Source: Marinomonas sp.
GTDB taxonomy: Bacteria; Pseudomonadota; Gammaproteobacteria; Pseudomonadales; Marinomonadaceae
Length of the DNA: 64,000 nt
NCBI RefSeq assembly: GCF_965225885.1
Contig: NZ_OZ245329.1
Coordinates: 2,890,449-2,954,448 of the forward strand
Direction of reading: 5' to 3'
Positions within the stretch are counted from its first letter, which is position 1, and the number at the start of each line of letters is the position of its first letter. Shown one piece after another: positions 61,127 through 64,000 of this stretch. Both the position numbers and the translations under genes were made by a program. The notes under the pieces are model-generated. The model did not search any database. It had not been told where the DNA came from and was given only the letters and a program-made list of their open reading frames with translations.

Positions 61127-61568
61127 ACCAACGTTCTAGGCTTTTTTCGTCATTAGTATTCGCTTCTACCCAATGACTTTCTGTCCCTTGAGATTCTTTC
61201 TTCCAAAACGCTGCTCGGCTTTTCAAATAATCCATAATAAAATCACACGCTTGAAAAGCTTCAGATCGATGAGAGGCACTGACACCAACAAATACAATTT
61301 GATCGTCTACCGATAAACGACCCACACGATGCACAACACACACATCCAACAAAGACCAACGAGCATTGGCTTCATCAACAATGACTTGTAAGTTCCGCTC
61401 CGTCATACCAGGATAATGCTCAAGCTCAAAGCTGCAGGTTTCTTTGGGTAAGTCTGAAAACTGACGCACTAAACCAACAAACATGGCAACAGCACCCGTT
61501 TGATTGGCTTTCAATAAGCTTTTATATAAAGCATCAACGTGAAAGTCTTCTTCTTGTACAAGAATCAT
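61119..61568 (-). CDS. moaE: Molybdopterin synthase catalytic subunit
   Basis: 149 aa, MoaE-like. Its start abuts the moaD stop (TAAATG). Confidence 0.9.
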   Translation of the reverse strand: MILVQEEDFHVDALYKSLLKANQTGAVAMFVGLVRQFSDLPKETCSFELEHYPGMTERNLQVIVDEANARWSLLDVCVVHRVGRLSVDDQIVFVGVSASHRSEAFQACDFIMDYLKSRAAFWKKESQGTESHWVEANTNDEKSLERWSK

Positions 61569-61823
61569 TTAGCCTCCGGTGACTGGTGGGAAAAAAGCCA
61601 CCTCATTTACTGATTCAGGCACAATATCTGTATCTCTAGCAAATTCAAAGTCGATGGAGGATTGAATACCTTTTTCAAGCAGCCACTGTCCGTTGTCTAA
61701 TTCATTCGCCAATTGATGTTTTAATTCACTAATACTAATGGGCAATACTAATTCTGCGTCATATTCACTCTGACCAATACTTTCTTTAAGTGATGCAAAA
61801 AAAACCACTTTCACCTTAGCCAT
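61569..61823 (-). CDS. moaD: Molybdopterin synthase sulfur-carrier subunit
   Basis: Start at [14 protein letters not shown]. The C-terminal ...VTGG diglycine is diagnostic. The track N-extension is rejected. Confidence 0.85.
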   Translation of the reverse strand: MAKVKVVFFASLKESIGQSEYDAELVLPISISELKHQLANELDNGQWLLEKGIQSSIDFEFARDTDIVPESVNEVAFFPPVTGG

Positions 61824-62298
61824 TCCCTTTACTCCAATCGCCACTTTTACCGCCCTTTTTCTCCAACAAAGACACATGTTGAATCACTATGCCCTTATCA
61901 ACCGCTTTGCACATATCGTAAAGCGTCAATGCAGCAATACTAGCCCCCGTTAGCGCTTCCATTTCCACGCCTGTTTTCCCGGATAAAGAGCAGGTACATA
62001 ACACTTCCAGCTCACAATTACTGATGACGTTAATGTCTACCGTAACCTTAGTTAACATCAAAGGATGACACAAAGGAATCAAATCAGACGTTTTCTTAGC
62101 CGCCTGAATTCCTGCAATGCGAGCGGTTGCCAAAACATCACCTTTTGGCAAGCCACCTTCGATGACTTTCGTTAACGTAGATGCTTGCATTGTGATAATT
62201 GCCTGAGCGGTCGCCGTGCGCTTAGTGATGTCCTTCTCTGAAACATCAACCATATGTGCATGGCCTTGATTATCCAGATGAGTAAGTTTATTGCCCAT
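61816..62298 (-). CDS. moaC: Cyclic pyranopterin monophosphate synthase accessory protein
   Basis: LTHLD...MVDVSEK start, LIPLCHP and TGVEMEALT motifs. Confidence 0.95.
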   Translation of the reverse strand: MGNKLTHLDNQGHAHMVDVSEKDITKRTATAQAIITMQASTLTKVIEGGLPKGDVLATARIAGIQAAKKTSDLIPLCHPLMLTKVTVDINVISNCELEVLCTCSLSGKTGVEMEALTGASIAALTLYDMCKAVDKGIVIQHVSLLEKKGGKSGDWSKGNG

Positions 62299-62460
62299 AA
62301 AAATCCTAAACAGTGTACATAGATTAAAAATGTCGCCTATATTTTAAGAAAGCCAATAGAAATGCAAGTAAAGTCTTAGAGAAGCTGCAGTTACATACTT
62401 ATAATACCGTTCATCGACGGATCGTATTAATCATCATATTTTCAGTTAGGAACAGCAGGA

Positions 62461-64000
62461 ATGGTAGTAAAGTGTTTAATTCTTTTTCTTCTTATCGCGA
62501 CGCCGCTATGGGCTGAAAATACAATCATTCCAGATGAAAGTGATTCTAGGATCAACGCGCCACTTCCAACTTTCAAAGAAACACAGCCTATCTCAGCCGA
62601 AGATGTGCTATCAACAGGCCAATTTCAACAAGGTCTTTATGAAGAGTCGCAAGGCTTCTCTCAAAGCGCTTACTGGCACAAATTAAGTTTTCCTAAAATA
62701 GCGACACCCAACACAGAAAAAACAATTTACCTTGGCTTAAACTACTACGTCATCGAGCATCTTGATTTCTATTTATTTCATGGAAATCAACTTCAAGCAC
62801 AATGGAAAAGAGGCGCATTAGAAAACTGGCAAGGTGATACGAAACACTACGACGGCATTTGGATGCCAATATCGCTCTCAGATCAGCAAGATACGACACT
62901 ACTCATCCGTAAGCAGGGAGACAGCCCTCTATTAACACCCTTTATGCTATTTGATGATGCAACGGCTGAGGCAAAAAAAGAGGAAAAACTGATTTTCTGG
63001 ACCTTTATCATCAGCAGCTTATCAATCCTGTTTGCCCATAACATTTTTGTTTTTATCTTACTCAGACAGCTGGGCTTCATTTACTACCTTGGCTTAAACA
63101 TTGTTATATTTATTGCTCTATCTGTTGTCACCGGATTTGATCGGTGGATTTTTTCAGAAGAGATTTGCCAGTGGATTATTAGAAACCTATTTACCATATT
63201 CGGCATAGGCGCTTGGATACTATTCCGCTTTAGCCTGCACTTTTTAAAAGAAGTTCAAATCCCCTCACCCCAATCATTGATTAGAAAATACGGCGACCTC
63301 ATTTTTATCGCTTTCTTACTATCAACCCAATTGTTTTCAGTGAAAACTGGCGCGATCCTTTTTGCTTTGGTTGAAGTATTCATGTTCGTGGCCTGTACAT
63401 ATTGGGGAATCAAAGCTTACCAAAAAGGCTTTCTTGCCGTTCGTTTCTATTTATTTTCTTGGCTGTTTTTAATCGCTGGCAGCATTCTAAATACATTAAT
63501 TTTTTGGAAAGTATTACCAATCAACCTGATAACAGAGTCAATTCTACCTGTCTCAAGCCTTTTGCAACTATTAGGATTCTCTTTTGCGCTAGCAGATAAA
63601 GCAAAACAGATTGAAAGAACTCGCAAACAACATGCTCTAACAGATTTACCAACTGGCCTACCAAATAGGACATACTATTTTGATAAATTACCAAAACTGC
63701 TATCCAAGATGGAACAACATCCATCTCAATTTGCCCTTATTCTAGTGGACATTAGTAACTACCAAACATTAAGTGAAGCATTTGGCCCTGCCAAAGTGGA
63801 TTCAGCCATGTCGGAAGCCATTCGAAACATTCATAAAAAAGTCATAAACATGAAGGGAGTTTTATCTTTTCCTTGGTTTGCCAACGACACTCAAAAGCTC
63901 GTGAGAGTAACGGCCAAAAATTTAGTCATGATTAGCACAATACCAGATCAACTTCATGAGCAAATTAAAGAAATTCAAGAAATTTTAGACGATCCTACCC
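62461..64000 (+). CDS. 7TMR-DISM-type sensor with a C-terminal GGDEF-like domain, 3-prime truncated by the window edge
   Basis: Not in the ORF track because no stop codon falls in the window. My hand translation from the ATG at 62461 stays open to the edge. It shows a signal peptide, a periplasmic domain, 7 TM helices, then LTDLPTGLPNRTYYFDKL, the typical entry into a GGDEF domain. Confidence 0.8.
   Translation, partial: MVVKCLILFLLIATPLWAENTIIPDESDSRINAPLPTFKETQPISAEDVLSTGQFQQGLYEESQGFSQSAYWHKLSFPKIATPNTEKTIYLGLNYYVIEHLDFYLFHGNQLQAQWKRGALENWQGDTKHYDGIWMPISLSDQQDTTLLIRKQGDSPLLTPFMLFDDATAEAKKEEKLIFWTFIISSLSILFAHNIFVFILLRQLGFIYYLGLNIVIFIALSVVTGFDRWIFSEEICQWIIRNLFTIFGIGAWILFRFSLHFLKEVQIPSPQSLIRKYGDLIFIAFLLSTQLFSVKTGAILFALVEVFMFVACTYWGIKAYQKGFLAVRFYLFSWLFLIAGSILNTLIFWKVLPINLITESILPVSSLLQLLGFSFALADKAKQIERTRKQHALTDLPTGLPNRTYYFDKLPKLLSKMEQHPSQFALILVDISNYQTLSEAFGPAKVDSAMSEAIRNIHKKVINMKGVLSFPWFANDTQKLVRVTAKNLVMISTIPDQLHEQIKEIQEILDDPT

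Noticed and set aside
62299-62460. Possible Moco riboswitch upstream of moaC.
   Set aside because: No recognisable Moco-motif conserved stems or loops are visible on the minus strand. The region is short and AT-rich.
1-64000. CRISPR arrays, tRNA/rRNA genes, prophage, toxin-antitoxin pairs or a recognisable anti-phage defence island.
   Set aside because: I saw no spaced direct-repeat arrays, tRNA cloverleaf candidates, or characteristic defence or phage protein motifs in the ORF set or the intergenic gaps. This was a visual scan only, not a computational search.

Overview
Chromosomal, mostly core-genome window from a gammaproteobacterium. The gene order resembles Pseudomonas/Oceanospirillales, possibly Marinomonas-like, but the taxon is only a guess from synteny and protein sequences. 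About 65 tightly packed protein genes are present. I saw no rRNA, tRNA, CRISPR array, prophage or recognisable defence island. Main blocks, left to right:
- lolC/E-type permease and lolD, purC, bamC-dapA, bcp.
- queF, yadGH-like ABC-2 exporter.
- Fatty-acid cluster yceD-rpmF-plsX-fabD-fabG-acpP-fabF, with no fabH.
- maf, a patatin/hydrolase/sixA/gpsA block, selO, a DEAD-box helicase.
- dinG and lexA, divergent, sharing SOS boxes.
- topA with two tightly packed unknown ORFs downstream, usp.
- glnS-cysS, MarR-GNAT regulator with azlCD, queC-queE, ppiB-lpxH, miaE.
- A kinase-like/FGE-like fusion protein, a long acnB, an HPF/RaiA paralogue.
- asd-leuBDC with a divergent LysR regulator, an MFS transporter, a GH13 alpha-glucosidase.
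- perM-like transporter, tusA-like gene, an M48 protease.
- Two tandem small secreted paralogues, a lone tyrosine recombinase, moaCDE.
- A 7TMR-DISM/GGDEF sensor that runs off the right edge.

Two genes are missing from the supplied ORF track: rpmF (59 aa) and the edge-truncated GGDEF sensor. Several track ORFs carry spurious N-terminal extensions, and I corrected their starts.

I found no clear novel multi-gene system. The items most worth a second look:
1. A 271-bp nested inverted-repeat element filling the gap before the fabF stop codon (MITE or structured RNA).
2. A membrane-anchored protein whose kinase-like and FGE-like domains both lack canonical catalytic residues.
3. Two uncharacterised ORFs packed directly behind topA; the first overlaps the topA stop codon.
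4. Tandem small secreted paralogues next to an isolated integrase.
5. A 15-bp x3 tandem repeat in the dapA/bcp divergent promoter region.
6. A lolC-lolD operon with no second permease gene.

All family assignments come from motif recognition by eye; no database search was run.
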